DNA of 64,000 bases from an uncultured bacterium (lineage in GTDB: Bacteria; AUK180), in NCBI GenBank assembly GCA_937863565.1, contig CALMGJ010000011.1, positions 124,001-188,000 on the forward strand, read 5' to 3'. Below are positions 44,462-53,707 of this stretch, one piece after another; position 1 is the first letter of the stretch; every line of letters starts with the position of its first letter. The translations under genes and the position numbers were made by a program. The notes beneath the pieces are model-generated. The model saw only the letters and a program-made list of their open reading frames with translations, searched no databases and was not told the origin of the DNA.

Positions 44462-44608
44462 CTAAGTTTTTTTTATTGTACCGGGTCTTTTCATCGGATG
44501 CCGGAGCCGAATAATGACGGCGCGCGCAAAGGCCGGTCTTGACGCCCCGTACATTTCTTCGGATTCCGCCGGGTCGTCTAAATATTCTTTTATCTTTTCC
44601 GGATTCAT
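44462..44608 (-). pseudogene. Probable truncated gene remnant (48 aa)
   Basis: GAGGT RBS right after the epimerase stop; MNPEKIKEYLDDPAESEEMYGASRPAFARA.. ends at the AT-rich islet border. Confidence 0.4.
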
Positions 44609-44614
44609 TATACC

Positions 44615-45589
44615 TCAACTCTTCATTTGCAGTTTTTCTATGAGGGCGAGTTCTTTTCTTCTTTTCATCCCGAACCGGAGCGGTGCCTTCACCGTTCTCC
44701 GCCATTCATATGTATCGATCACCGTTTTTTTAAGGGCAGTGAATGTAAGGTCTTTTTTCACGGCGCGTTCGGCCGAGATATTCTCCCTGCAGTCCTTGAT
44801 CCAAAGAGGCAGGTCGTTCCACTGGGAAACGGCGTTCTTTTCAAGGAAATCGGCGGAAGCGTTCACCGGTTCACACTCGGTATTTAAAGCGTCCACGCAT
44901 GTGTTGAAAAGCGTTCTCATTAAAATACCGTTTTGGGGGCCGGCGGCATTGAATGTGCCTGCCGTGCCTGCCGCCGCGTTTTTCAGGATGAACCGCGCAA
45001 TGTCCCTGGCATCGATGATCTGAAAAGCGGTGCGGCCGTTTTGCGGAAAGAGAACTCTATCGCATCTTTTTATCCGCATCGGCCAGTAAGTGAACCTGTC
45101 CGAGGGATCGTGCGGGCCCACGATAAGGCCCGGCCTTATGATCAGAGCCTTCCCGGGAAAAGAGCCGGCAAGTTCTTCTTCGCACAGTACTTTGAGCGCA
45201 CCGTAATTCTCATGCGTAACAGAAGATGTATCCACTTTCACGTGCGGCACGAGCGGCGATCTTTCGTTCACGCTTTTTGCAAAGGCGTCGGCATACACGG
45301 AAACCGAGGAGATGAGCGTATAGTGCCCGCATCTTTTTTTTAAGACCTTCATCGCTTTTCTTATATCGGCCGGGAAATAAGCGGATGTATCGATTACGGC
45401 GTCCCATTTCTCTTCTTTGGGAAGTTCGATCCCGGATCTCCGGTCGCATTTTATATGCCTGAGTTCCGGATAAAGGCCCGGATTCGTTTTCCCTCTATTG
45501 AGGAGCGTGATATCGCATTTTTGCCTTACCGCTTCGTCAACGATATGCCTGCCAAGGAACCCTGTTCCGCCGAGCATCAGTATTTTCAT
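44615..45589 (-). CDS. NAD-dependent epimerase/dehydratase (atypical SDR)
   Basis: ILMLGGTGFLG, ISSVSVY, YGALK, RPGLIVGPHD..DRFTYW. Confidence 0.92.
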   Translation of the reverse strand: MKILMLGGTGFLGRHIVDEAVRQKCDITLLNRGKTNPGLYPELRHIKCDRRSGIELPKEEKWDAVIDTSAYFPADIRKAMKVLKKRCGHYTLISSVSVYADAFAKSVNERSPLVPHVKVDTSSVTHENYGALKVLCEEELAGSFPGKALIIRPGLIVGPHDPSDRFTYWPMRIKRCDRVLFPQNGRTAFQIIDARDIARFILKNAAAGTAGTFNAAGPQNGILMRTLFNTCVDALNTECEPVNASADFLEKNAVSQWNDLPLWIKDCRENISAERAVKKDLTFTALKKTVIDTYEWRRTVKAPLRFGMKRRKELALIEKLQMKS

Positions 45590-45591
45590 AT

Positions 45592-46164
45592 TTAAACCCC
45601 TTTGTTATCCGCATTTCCGTTGTCGTCGGGAAAAGCGGTTCTTTTTTTCAATAGGATGAAAAGAACAATGCAAAGCGCCGCTTCGGAGACGGCCGTTAAT
45701 ATTGCTGCGGCAGTGCGCGGCAGAACAAGAAGTCTCCTGCTTTGGAAAAATATGTTCAGTACGGTAAGAAGTATTGCCGAAACACCGAAAGCGTTGAACG
45801 TGTTTTTCCCCTTTTTGCCGGAGATTTTTCGCGTATATTCGAAGAAGAACAGCGCTGCCCTTGTAAGGAAAGCCCCTGCGATAAAATAGGCTGCCGTAAA
45901 TGGAAGCGCGTACCCGAGCACGTTCAATATGGTCATCTCGCTTTCCGGAAGGACAAATGACATGGCTGCCGTAAGGGGGAAGATGAACAAAAGCGTTCTG
46001 AGAAAATTCTTTTTTGCCCGGATATCCGATGTGAACATGAGGAGCGTTTCGGCGAACAGCGGAATGAGCAGGTACAAAGACCGGAGGAGGTATCCGCTCC
46101 ATGGCAAGAACAGAAGCAGTGCGAGAAAAAGGCCCGAGGGGACGCGGCCGTTCTTTACGTTCAA
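45592..46164 (-). CDS. Hypothetical multi-pass membrane protein
   Basis: About five hydrophobic segments; TTG start with GAGG RBS; abuts the epimerase. Confidence 0.6.
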   Translation of the reverse strand: MNVKNGRVPSGLFLALLLFLPWSGYLLRSLYLLIPLFAETLLMFTSDIRAKKNFLRTLLFIFPLTAAMSFVLPESEMTILNVLGYALPFTAAYFIAGAFLTRAALFFFEYTRKISGKKGKNTFNAFGVSAILLTVLNIFFQSRRLLVLPRTAAAILTAVSEAALCIVLFILLKKRTAFPDDNGNADNKGV

Positions 46165-46232
46165 ATTCCTCTCCGCATTTTTTTATTATAACACATATTA
46201 TCGGGTTCGCATAATGAAAAAACCGTCCTGCT

Positions 46233-46261
46233 TTGTAATATTCGGGCAAATCGGTTATAAT
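46233..46261 (+). promoter_or_regulatory. Sigma70-type promoter TTGTAA-N17-TATAAT (probably leaderless)
   Basis: -10 ends 5 nt before the GTG start; no RBS. Confidence 0.6.
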
Positions 46262-46266
46262 ATCCC

Positions 46267-46983
46267 GTGCAGGGTTACGCAAAGATCGCCCCTTATTATG
46301 ACCGCTTCATCAACCGTGATTTTTACAAGATACTCATCTCGTATCTTGCAGACAAGGTCATTCCGGGAAGCGACAAGCGGCTTCTCGAATTGGGTTGCGG
46401 GACCGGTTTTTTCTCGCTGTATTACGCAAAACAGGGTATGGATTGCGTCGGCATCGACAGAAGCGCCGAGATGATAAAGATCGCCCGGAATTATGCGAAG
46501 GAAAGCGCTTTGGAGAATATCTGTTTTTCACAGGGCGATATGCTGAAGATCCCCTTCAAGGGGAAATTCGACTATGTGATCATATTCTTTGATGTTTTGA
46601 ACAATATCCTGAACCCGAAGGATATAACCGTGCTTTTCAAGAAAGTCCACGAATGTCTTAGGCCCGGAGGGGTTTTCATTTTCGACATTCTTTCGCTCTG
46701 GGGTATGAAGAAGATGTGGAACAATGATAATTTCTACGAATTCTATGACGATTTCAAGATCCACTGGATATCGGAATACCGGGATGACGAACGCCTTCTC
46801 AAAATAAAAATGCGTATCATTTCAAAAAGGGAGACTATTGTGGAGGAATTCGTAGAGCGCGGTTATGAAAAAAATTCCCTTGAGGAGAAATTGGTATCCG
46901 CAGGATTCAATGTCAGAGGCATCTGTCCGATGTTCTTCTTCAAGAGGAAGGCCTCCCGTTTCGTTTTTTATCTCGAGAAATAG
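46267..46983 (+). CDS. Class I SAM-dependent methyltransferase
   Basis: LLELGCGTG, GIDRSAEMI, QGDM, LRPGGVFIFD. Confidence 0.93.
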   Translation: MQGYAKIAPYYDRFINRDFYKILISYLADKVIPGSDKRLLELGCGTGFFSLYYAKQGMDCVGIDRSAEMIKIARNYAKESALENICFSQGDMLKIPFKGKFDYVIIFFDVLNNILNPKDITVLFKKVHECLRPGGVFIFDILSLWGMKKMWNNDNFYEFYDDFKIHWISEYRDDERLLKIKMRIISKRETIVEEFVERGYEKNSLEEKLVSAGFNVRGICPMFFFKRKASRFVFYLEK

Positions 46984-47446
46984 GATCGGCCGCAAGGGTC
47001 GAAAGCGCTGCGAACACCGTCATTAGCGCCTGGAGAACCGGCGACACTATTATCATGAGGACAAGCCAACCGATAAGGCTTGCCCTTGGTTCAAAGAGTA
47101 TCATAGGGTGCCCGAAATTGATGATATCCGCATTCGGATCGAACAGAAGGAAAACGGCCCGGCCCCAGATGACCGCCATCAAAAGAAGCGTTACGGCAGC
47201 CGCTTTGAAGGAAAGGCGCAGTATTTCACGGCCCGCCTCTTTTATGGTATTTTCCCTTTCCAGATATTTTTTTGCAATATGACGGCCAAGGGGGAGGCCG
47301 AGAAGAATACAGATTACCGGAACGCCCATCCCCGCACCCGCGCACAGAATATCGATTGCGGTATAGGCCAGAATTTCTTTAACACTTTGTTTAATTACTA
47401 TCGGCGGCTCGGCCGAAAATTCATCTTTTTCAACCACCGTCCCCAA
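46940..47446 (-). CDS. Hypothetical membrane protein
   Basis: Three TM-like regions; GGAG RBS with TTG start. Confidence 0.7.
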   Translation of the reverse strand: MGTVVEKDEFSAEPPIVIKQSVKEILAYTAIDILCAGAGMGVPVICILLGLPLGRHIAKKYLERENTIKEAGREILRLSFKAAAVTLLLMAVIWGRAVFLLFDPNADIINFGHPMILFEPRASLIGWLVLMIIVSPVLQALMTVFAALSTLAADPISRDKKRNGRPSS

Positions 47447-47452
47447 TTCTCC

Positions 47453-48121
47453 TTACAGTTTTTTTTCCAGCCAAATTGTAAAATCCGGATCGTACGCCTT
47501 TTCGATAAGGTCCTTTAATCCGAAATTCCGGGTGAAGAACCTGAACATTTCGGCATATTTCCTATAGCTGCCGCGTCGGTCGTCGCTCATTATTTTCCTT
47601 ATCTCCACTGGGTTCAGTAGAGGAAGCGCTTTTTCAAATTGTCCGGCGGCAAACAGGGCGAAGCCCTCGAAGAACCAGACCGGCCCCATTTTATTCTCGT
47701 CCCCTTCAAGTATCCTGATATGAAGACGATGCGCCATTTCGTGAATGATGAGTTTTTCAAATGACCTCTCCTCGATCCCCTCCGGATAGATTATGGCGTA
47801 CAATTCAGGAGATACGCTCATTAAAATATCGTTTTCAAGGCAAGCGGATACCGTTCCGGGAAGTTCTGTGGCTTCGGGTGCACCGGTCACTTCAAGAAGA
47901 TTCCTTATGAAGATCCCCTGATCGTCGAATATTCTGGCGCTTTTCAAGAAGGGCTCGTCCGTGAGCGCGCCCCATCCGTATTTTTCTGCAAAGGCTCGAA
48001 GCGATCTTTGTGCGTTCAGGATCGTTCTTTCATATCCGCCTTTCTTTTTTTTAAGGGAATCGGAAACATACAGGGGTACTTTAAAAATGCCGGGGTCTAT
48101 TTTTTGTGGTTCTTTTTCCAT
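47453..48121 (-). CDS. Gluzincin-like (peptidase MA) protein
   Basis: IHEMAHRLH...PVWFFEGFA; start moved to MEKEPQK. Confidence 0.75.
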   Translation of the reverse strand: MEKEPQKIDPGIFKVPLYVSDSLKKKKGGYERTILNAQRSLRAFAEKYGWGALTDEPFLKSARIFDDQGIFIRNLLEVTGAPEATELPGTVSACLENDILMSVSPELYAIIYPEGIEERSFEKLIIHEMAHRLHIRILEGDENKMGPVWFFEGFALFAAGQFEKALPLLNPVEIRKIMSDDRRGSYRKYAEMFRFFTRNFGLKDLIEKAYDPDFTIWLEKKL

Positions 48122-48134
48122 TCTGTTTTTAATC

Positions 48135-49301
48135 TTATTCTCCCTTGAAAATAATGCCCTCCCGGTCAAAAAGGCGGAAGGCAAGAAGGATGAAAATTGC
48201 GGCAAGCAGAACGCTTTCACCCATCGTTATCCCAAAATAGAGCCATTTCACTTCCTGCATGATTATACTTTTAAGAAGAAGCGAAATGTTGAAAACCGGG
48301 ATGAGTGCCGTTTTCAGATTGAGCTCGAAACCGGGAATGAAGGATGCCATTGAGGGGAAGATAATGAACATCATCATCGGCTGTATATAGCTCTGCGCTT
48401 CCTTCTGCGATTTTGAGAATGTCGAAATAGCAAAGGTCAGGGCAGAGAAGATCATTGTGATCGGAACAATGGCAGAAAGAGATATAAGGAATGTAACAAA
48501 ATCTATCTTTGCTCCGAATTCACTCGATTCCGGCATCATCTTGAATGTGATCACGATCGACAGGAGCGATGCCAGCGCCGTGATCACGGCAACAAGCACC
48601 GTAGTAAGATATTTGCCCACTACTATTTCTCTGCGGGTGGCCCCCGATGAAAGAAGGGTCTCCAGCGTCCCCCTCTCCTTCTCCCCGACCGTGAGATCAA
48701 CAGCGGGATATGCCGCTCCGCTCACGCTGAGTATTATAAGAAGGTACGGCAACATCATGCCTAAGAACATCGTCTTCATCTTGCCTTCGCTTGCGATGTT
48801 CACTATCTTGATCTTGACGATGTCGAAGATATTGTCCGGAACATTGAATTTGGCAAGTTCTATTTTAATACGGCCGTCTTTGTATTCATTAATGGATTTG
48901 CTGAGCTTCCCGTATTTGATGTCGCTTGCCGTATTGGACCTGTCGAAATAAACAGTGAAGGTCTCCTCCGCTGCCTTTTCGTAATCAATATGGAAGTGAA
49001 CCCTTTTCTCCTTTATGAGCGCCGGGTAGGATTCATTCGTAGTCTTGAAATAGTTCACTTCAAAGTCGGCATTTTTCAGAACGTCTTTTATCATCGCCAG
49101 ATCGGCATCGTCGGTATATGATATCCTGAACGTTTCACGTGAAACCTTTTCCACTTGCGACTGCATGAAGGCGGTGAGGCCGGCCAAAAGAAGCGGAAAC
49201 GAAATAAGCGGGATAACGATCATGGAGAAGATAACCCTTTTGTCCCTGAATATATCGAGCACTTCCTTTTTAAAAATCGTTGTGATGATATTGCGTCTCA
49301 T
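48135..49301 (-). CDS. natB: ABC-2 permease, NatB-like (Na+ efflux)
   Basis: FKKE.LD.FRD.R, GEKERGTLETLL, KSQKEAQ, IPVFN. Confidence 0.85.
   Translation of the reverse strand: MRRNIITTIFKKEVLDIFRDKRVIFSMIVIPLISFPLLLAGLTAFMQSQVEKVSRETFRISYTDDADLAMIKDVLKNADFEVNYFKTTNESYPALIKEKRVHFHIDYEKAAEETFTVYFDRSNTASDIKYGKLSKSINEYKDGRIKIELAKFNVPDNIFDIVKIKIVNIASEGKMKTMFLGMMLPYLLIILSVSGAAYPAVDLTVGEKERGTLETLLSSGATRREIVVGKYLTTVLVAVITALASLLSIVITFKMMPESSEFGAKIDFVTFLISLSAIVPITMIFSALTFAISTFSKSQKEAQSYIQPMMMFIIFPSMASFIPGFELNLKTALIPVFNISLLLKSIIMQEVKWLYFGITMGESVLLAAIFILLAFRLFDREGIIFKGE
49131..49146. promoter_or_regulatory. parS-like site inside natB (CGTTTCACGTGAAACC)
   Basis: 14-bp perfect palindromic core of the parS consensus. 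Confidence 0.75.
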
Positions 49302-49302
49302 G

Positions 49303-50034
49303 CTACTCTCCTATCAGGTTGAAAAAGACCTTCTCTAAAGATTCTCCCGGGTACTTCCCGTGCAGCGCTTCAAGCGTTCCGTTGAATTTAAGGTCCCCCT
49401 TATGTATGATCCCGACATCATCGCACAGATATTCCGCCTCCGACATGATGTGTGTGGACAGAATGATATATTTTCCATTCTTCTTGCTATCATTGATGAA
49501 GTCGACTATCGTGCGCGATGTGATGACATCCAGGCCGAGAGTGGGCTCGTCCAGTATGAGTATCTCGGGATCGCTTATCATCATACGGGCTATGCTTACT
49601 TTTTGCTTTTCACCCGTTGAGAACTTCGAGCACTGCTTCCCGAGAAGGTCCTTCATATCAAGCATTTCAGAAATACGCTCGAACCTCTCGTCTATGGTTT
49701 TTCGCGGTATCTCGTTGAGGCTGCCGAAATAGGTTGCGATCTCCTTTGGGTTCAGACGGTCATATACTCCCGTATTCCCGGAAATGAAACCAAGGCGCTT
49801 CCTGTGCGCCACGGGATCCCCGAAGACGCTCTCTCCCTTGAAGATCACGTCCCCCATGGACGGGGAAAATATGGTGCCTATGATCCTGAGGGTCGTGGTT
49901 TTTCCCGCTCCGTTCGGACCGAGAAGTCCGTATATTCTTCCGGGATTGACTTCGAAAGATACATCGTTGACAGCTTGCTTGATTTTTTTCTTCGGCAATA
50001 CGAAATTCTTTGAAACGTTCTTGATCTCTAACAA
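49303..50034 (-). CDS. natA: ABC ATP-binding protein, NatA-like
   Basis: GPNGAGKTTTLR, FSTGEKQKV signature, LDEPTLGLD. Confidence 0.88.
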   Translation of the reverse strand: MLEIKNVSKNFVLPKKKIKQAVNDVSFEVNPGRIYGLLGPNGAGKTTTLRIIGTIFSPSMGDVIFKGESVFGDPVAHRKRLGFISGNTGVYDRLNPKEIATYFGSLNEIPRKTIDERFERISEMLDMKDLLGKQCSKFSTGEKQKVSIARMMISDPEILILDEPTLGLDVITSRTIVDFINDSKKNGKYIILSTHIMSEAEYLCDDVGIIHKGDLKFNGTLEALHGKYPGESLEKVFFNLIGE

Positions 50035-50124
50035 GTCCTTCTCCTATCCGGATGGAGTGACCTCCTCCCGCTACTTTTATTATAACGGTTTTTAGGGAAA
50101 ATACAAGTATTTTGCACGAAAGGC

Positions 50125-50445
50125 AATATGAAGTATGGAGTGTGACGTGCGGAGTGTGAAGTGAGAATAATAAACAATTAAGAATGGACAATGAAGAGTG
50201 AAGGGTTGATAGTTGATGGCAAAGCAGCAAGGCCGCAGTGTCGAGTGCCGAGTGCCGAGTGGGAAGAGGATAAATATTTTTACCTTCACTGTTCACTATT
50301 CACTATTCACTGCGCCTCGCCCCTATCCTCTAACCTCTAGCCTCTAACCTCTTTTATCTCTTTTCACTGTTCACTGTTCGCTGCGGCTTTGCCGCTCCAC
50401 TCCACACCGCATTGCCTCACTGCCCCACTCCACACTTCACACGGC
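50125..50445. repeat. Degenerate 7-nt repeat arrays forming an imperfect inverted-repeat element
   Basis: Purine-rich heptads on the left (GAGTGTG, GAGTGCC), pyrimidine-rich on the right (TTCACTR x4, TANCCTC x4). Confidence 0.85.
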
Positions 50446-50460
50446 GCTTCGCCTTGTATA

Positions 50461-50476
50461 TGTTTCACGTGAAACA
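50461..50476. promoter_or_regulatory. parS: parS centromere site TGTTTCACGTGAAACA
   Basis: Exact 16-bp palindrome matching the widespread parS consensus, 1.5 kb upstream of parAB. Confidence 0.95.
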
Positions 50477-50485
50477 TCCGTAAAC

Positions 50486-50514
50486 TTGAAAAAAAAACTC
50501 TTTTATTGTAACAT
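50486..50514 (+). promoter_or_regulatory. Sigma70-type promoter TTGAAA-N17-TAACAT (probably leaderless)
   Basis: -10 ends 6 nt before ATG 50521; no RBS. Confidence 0.5.
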
Positions 50515-50520
50515 TATGCC

Positions 50521-52023
50521 ATGAAAAAGATCTTTCTGGTATTTATAGCGTTTTTTTCCGTTCACCTTGCCTGCGGCAATGCCATCTGGCACTGGCATAA
50601 GGGCAATGCCTTCACGGCGTCGGATCTCGAGATCCTTTCGATGACGGGTTTTTCGGAGATATTCATTCATGCGGGTTATTACTACCTTTTCGGCAGGAAC
50701 GGGGACCGTCTCCCGGAATTCTCCGGTTTTGAGTTCGATGACGGGTTCACGGGTTTAAAAGAGAGGTTCGGCAATTTCAATATCCATCTTTGTTTCACGT
50801 TCGAAAGTTGGGGCGAGGGAACTTTTTACCGCCAATACATGCTTAAAAACAGCGGCGCAACGGAATTCATTTTATCTGTCATAGATAATCAGATAAAGCA
50901 GTTCGCGGCGCACGGGATCGCCGTTAAAGGCATTCAGCTCGATCTCGAAGATTATGAGGTGAGCCTTTCGTATTACGCCAAACTTCTGGCCGCCGTGAAA
51001 AAAAGATTCCCGGGATATATCATTTCGATAACCCCTATGGTTCGCTGGCTCGACGAGGCGAAGTTCAAGGATATCCTGAAGAGCATTGATTTTTATGTTC
51101 CCATGGTTTATGATTTTCAGCGCGGAAAGAACCTCGACGACGATACGAGGATAACGGACATCGCCTGGATAGAGTCCGTTGTCCAGAAATGTGAGCTGCT
51201 TAAATTCCCCTATTATTTCGGTCTTCCCTCATATTATTACAGGATCCACTACAATGACAAAGAGGAGCGGGTGAGAAGCTGGACATTCGTGGATTTCGAA
51301 GAGATCTCCGACAATAAGGCGTTTGAACTCGTAAAATCGAGGCAGAATTATGTAATCGGTAATGAACAGCTTCTTAACGGGGATAATATCTATATCTACA
51401 AGGTCAAACTCCCGGTATTTTTTAAATTCTATTATTTTCCCGAGAACTCCTACCTTTTATATAATGTAATTACGCCTCAGGGGCTCAAGGCATACAAGGA
51501 TGCCGTTGCGGGAAAGAAGCCAAAATTCAGTAAAGGCATTTGCGTGTTCCGGTTTACCAAGGACAGTGAGCCGTATCTGATAAAGACCTCGTATTATCCG
51601 TTCATCTTCGCCGGTCAAAGCCTTGTTTTCGAGCCGACCGCGGATTTTATCTTTGAAAGACCGGAGGAGGGCGGGGGCCTGACTTTCTATACGGCGCTCA
51701 AGAATGCGGGGAATTCTGAATCCTATGTCGAGAACAATGCCACGCAGTTTCTGATCAAGATGTCAAATGCAAAATTGAAGAGCATCGTGAAGAATTCATT
51801 TGACAACTATGATCATTATTTCGAGGAGGAGTCCTCGACGACATATCTAACGCTGACCGAGCGCTTTCTCGGCCTGAACGAGGAATTAACATCCGGCCCG
51901 ATCACGATCGAAAATGCAAATACACTTCCCATATCGATCAAGTATCAGATCTGGATAAAGGGTCCCGACGGAGCGTTCTCCGGCATCGATCTTGAATCTT
52001 GGAAAGAGGTCGATATAAAATGA
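50521..52023 (+). CDS. Exported DUF3142/GH18-like TIM-barrel protein
   Basis: Signal peptide with possible lipobox (HLAC); GIQLDLE, ISIT, VPMVYD, GLPSY motifs; ATGA overlap with parA. Confidence 0.65.
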   Translation: MKKIFLVFIAFFSVHLACGNAIWHWHKGNAFTASDLEILSMTGFSEIFIHAGYYYLFGRNGDRLPEFSGFEFDDGFTGLKERFGNFNIHLCFTFESWGEGTFYRQYMLKNSGATEFILSVIDNQIKQFAAHGIAVKGIQLDLEDYEVSLSYYAKLLAAVKKRFPGYIISITPMVRWLDEAKFKDILKSIDFYVPMVYDFQRGKNLDDDTRITDIAWIESVVQKCELLKFPYYFGLPSYYYRIHYNDKEERVRSWTFVDFEEISDNKAFELVKSRQNYVIGNEQLLNGDNIYIYKVKLPVFFKFYYFPENSYLLYNVITPQGLKAYKDAVAGKKPKFSKGICVFRFTKDSEPYLIKTSYYPFIFAGQSLVFEPTADFIFERPEEGGGLTFYTALKNAGNSESYVENNATQFLIKMSNAKLKSIVKNSFDNYDHYFEEESSTTYLTLTERFLGLNEELTSGPITIENANTLPISIKYQIWIKGPDGAFSGIDLESWKEVDIK

Positions 52024-52781
52024 GAACCATCAATATCGCCAATCAAAAAGGCGGGGTCGGGAAGACCACGACCGTGATCAATCTTGCCTGGGGACTTGCT
52101 CTTTGGGAAAAGAGGGTGCTTGTAGTCGATTTCGATCCCCAGGGCAATACGACAACCGGCCTTGGTATCTCTAAAAGGGGCCTATATAACAATGTTTACA
52201 CCGTTCTTTCCGGGCGTGTGCCGATAAGGGAGGCCATCATGTCCGTAACGAACAATGAATATCTTTCATGTTTGCCGGCCAATGAGGATCTGAGCGCTTT
52301 TCCTCTGGAGGCGGCCGGCGAGAAGGACAGGCTGTTTATACTTGATGGCGCGCTTAAGGCGGTAAGGGCGGAATATGATTTCATCATCATCGACTCCCCT
52401 CCTTCCCTGAACCTCATTACGCTCAACGCCATGACGGCTTCCAGCGACATTCTTATTCCCGTACAATCGGAGTTCTACGCTCTTGAGGGGCTTTCGCAAC
52501 TTCTTCGAACGAAAGAGCGCATTGAGGAGGCCATCGCCAAGAAGATAAATATACTCGGTTTTCTCATCACCATGTACGACTCGCGAACGACTATGGCGCG
52601 ACAGGTCGAGGAAGAACTGAAAAAACATTTCGCCGGAAAAGTACTGAGAACGATAATACCCCGCAATGTTCGCATCGCCGAGGCGCCCGGATTCGGAGAA
52701 TCAGTTCTTACTTACGACCCCTCGTCAAGGGGGGCTTTCGCCTATAAAGAGCTTGTAAAAGAGCTCCTGGAGAGGATATGA
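52020..52781 (+). CDS. parA: Chromosome partitioning ATPase ParA/Soj
   Basis: ANQKGGVGKTTT, DFDPQGN, IDSPPSL, IPRNVRIAEAPGFG; ATG at 52020. Confidence 0.97.
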   Translation: MRTINIANQKGGVGKTTTVINLAWGLALWEKRVLVVDFDPQGNTTTGLGISKRGLYNNVYTVLSGRVPIREAIMSVTNNEYLSCLPANEDLSAFPLEAAGEKDRLFILDGALKAVRAEYDFIIIDSPPSLNLITLNAMTASSDILIPVQSEFYALEGLSQLLRTKERIEEAIAKKINILGFLITMYDSRTTMARQVEEELKKHFAGKVLRTIIPRNVRIAEAPGFGESVLTYDPSSRGAFAYKELVKELLERI

Positions 52782-53629
52782 ATAAAGCAAAAAAGGGATT
52801 GGGCAGAGGCCTTGACGCTTTTTTCGGGGATTCCGACAATGAGCCGAAGAAGGGTAATCTCGAGTTTATAGATATCGGGCTCATCGAACCGTCGCCGGGG
52901 CAGCCCAGAAAAAAATTCAACGACGACTCGATCGCATCATTGGCGGAAACGGTGAAGATCCAGGGAGTGCTCTCCCCTCTTCTTGTCGTAAAAAAGGGTG
53001 CGAGATACGAGATCATCGCGGGTGAGCGGCGGTATCGCGCCGCTATGCTCGCCGGTCTGAAAGAGATCCCCTGCATCATAAAGAACGCGCATAAGGACAA
53101 TCTGATAATTTCGCTTGTGGAAAATGTGCAGCGGGAGGACCTTAATCCGATCGACGAGGCCAAGGCCTATGAGGAACTTATCCATAAGACCGGATACTCG
53201 CAGGAGAAGATCGCATCCCTTCTTGGGAAATCGCGCGTTTATATCACGAATCTGCTGCGCCTGCTGCAGCTCCCCTCGAAAATACGCGAAATGATCATAT
53301 CGGGAGACCTGTCCGAGGGTCACGGCAGATGCCTTGTGGGGCTTCCGGAAAAAGACGCCTCTGCTCTGGCAGAACGCATTATCCGCCGCGCTTTGAGCGT
53401 GAGGGAAACGGAAGAGGCGCTCAAACGGTCCCGGGAGCCGCCTGTAAAAAAGAGCCGCACTAAAAAAGACATTTTCATTGCCGATATCGAAAAGGAGCTT
53501 TCCGAGCGGCTGTCGCGCAAGGTCGAGATCCGGTCAGGCAAGAAATACCGCGGCACACTTACCGCTCATTTTTACGACCTTGACGATCTCAACGGCCTCA
53601 TTGAAAGCATCAGAAAGCGTTTCAAATAA
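52778..53629 (+). CDS. parB: Chromosome partitioning protein ParB/Spo0J
   Basis: KKGLGRGLDA, QPRK.F, IAGERRYRA, ENVQREDLNPIDEA, HTH GKSR...N.LRLL. Confidence 0.97.
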   Translation: MNKAKKGLGRGLDAFFGDSDNEPKKGNLEFIDIGLIEPSPGQPRKKFNDDSIASLAETVKIQGVLSPLLVVKKGARYEIIAGERRYRAAMLAGLKEIPCIIKNAHKDNLIISLVENVQREDLNPIDEAKAYEELIHKTGYSQEKIASLLGKSRVYITNLLRLLQLPSKIREMIISGDLSEGHGRCLVGLPEKDASALAERIIRRALSVRETEEALKRSREPPVKKSRTKKDIFIADIEKELSERLSRKVEIRSGKKYRGTLTAHFYDLDDLNGLIESIRKRFK

Positions 53630-53672
53630 ACGGCGGACGGTATCATGAAACGGGCACATGACCTAAATATAT

Positions 53673-53701
53673 TTGAATTTAAAAATAAAGTAAGGTATAA
53701 T
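53673..53701 (+). promoter_or_regulatory. Sigma70-type promoter TTGAAT-N17-TATAAT (probably leaderless)
   Basis: -10 ends 6 nt before ATG 53708; no RBS. Confidence 0.65.
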
Positions 53702-53707
53702 AAAAAC

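Noticed and set aside
44340-44705. 121-aa ORF overlapping the epimerase end
   Set aside because: Out-of-frame overlap without RBS; the 44608 start in another frame has the RBS.
49760-50296. 178-aa and 65-aa ORFs upstream of or overlapping natA
   Set aside because: Translations of the heptamer repeats (HSTL/LHT patterns); no RBS.
50125-50445. Possible CRISPR array or origin at the strand-switch point
   Set aside because: Units are 7-nt tandem repeats without spacers, no cas genes, and no credible DnaA boxes or trios.
50791-50806. Third parS (TGTTTCACGTTCGAAA)
   Set aside because: Only a half-site; palindrome broken.
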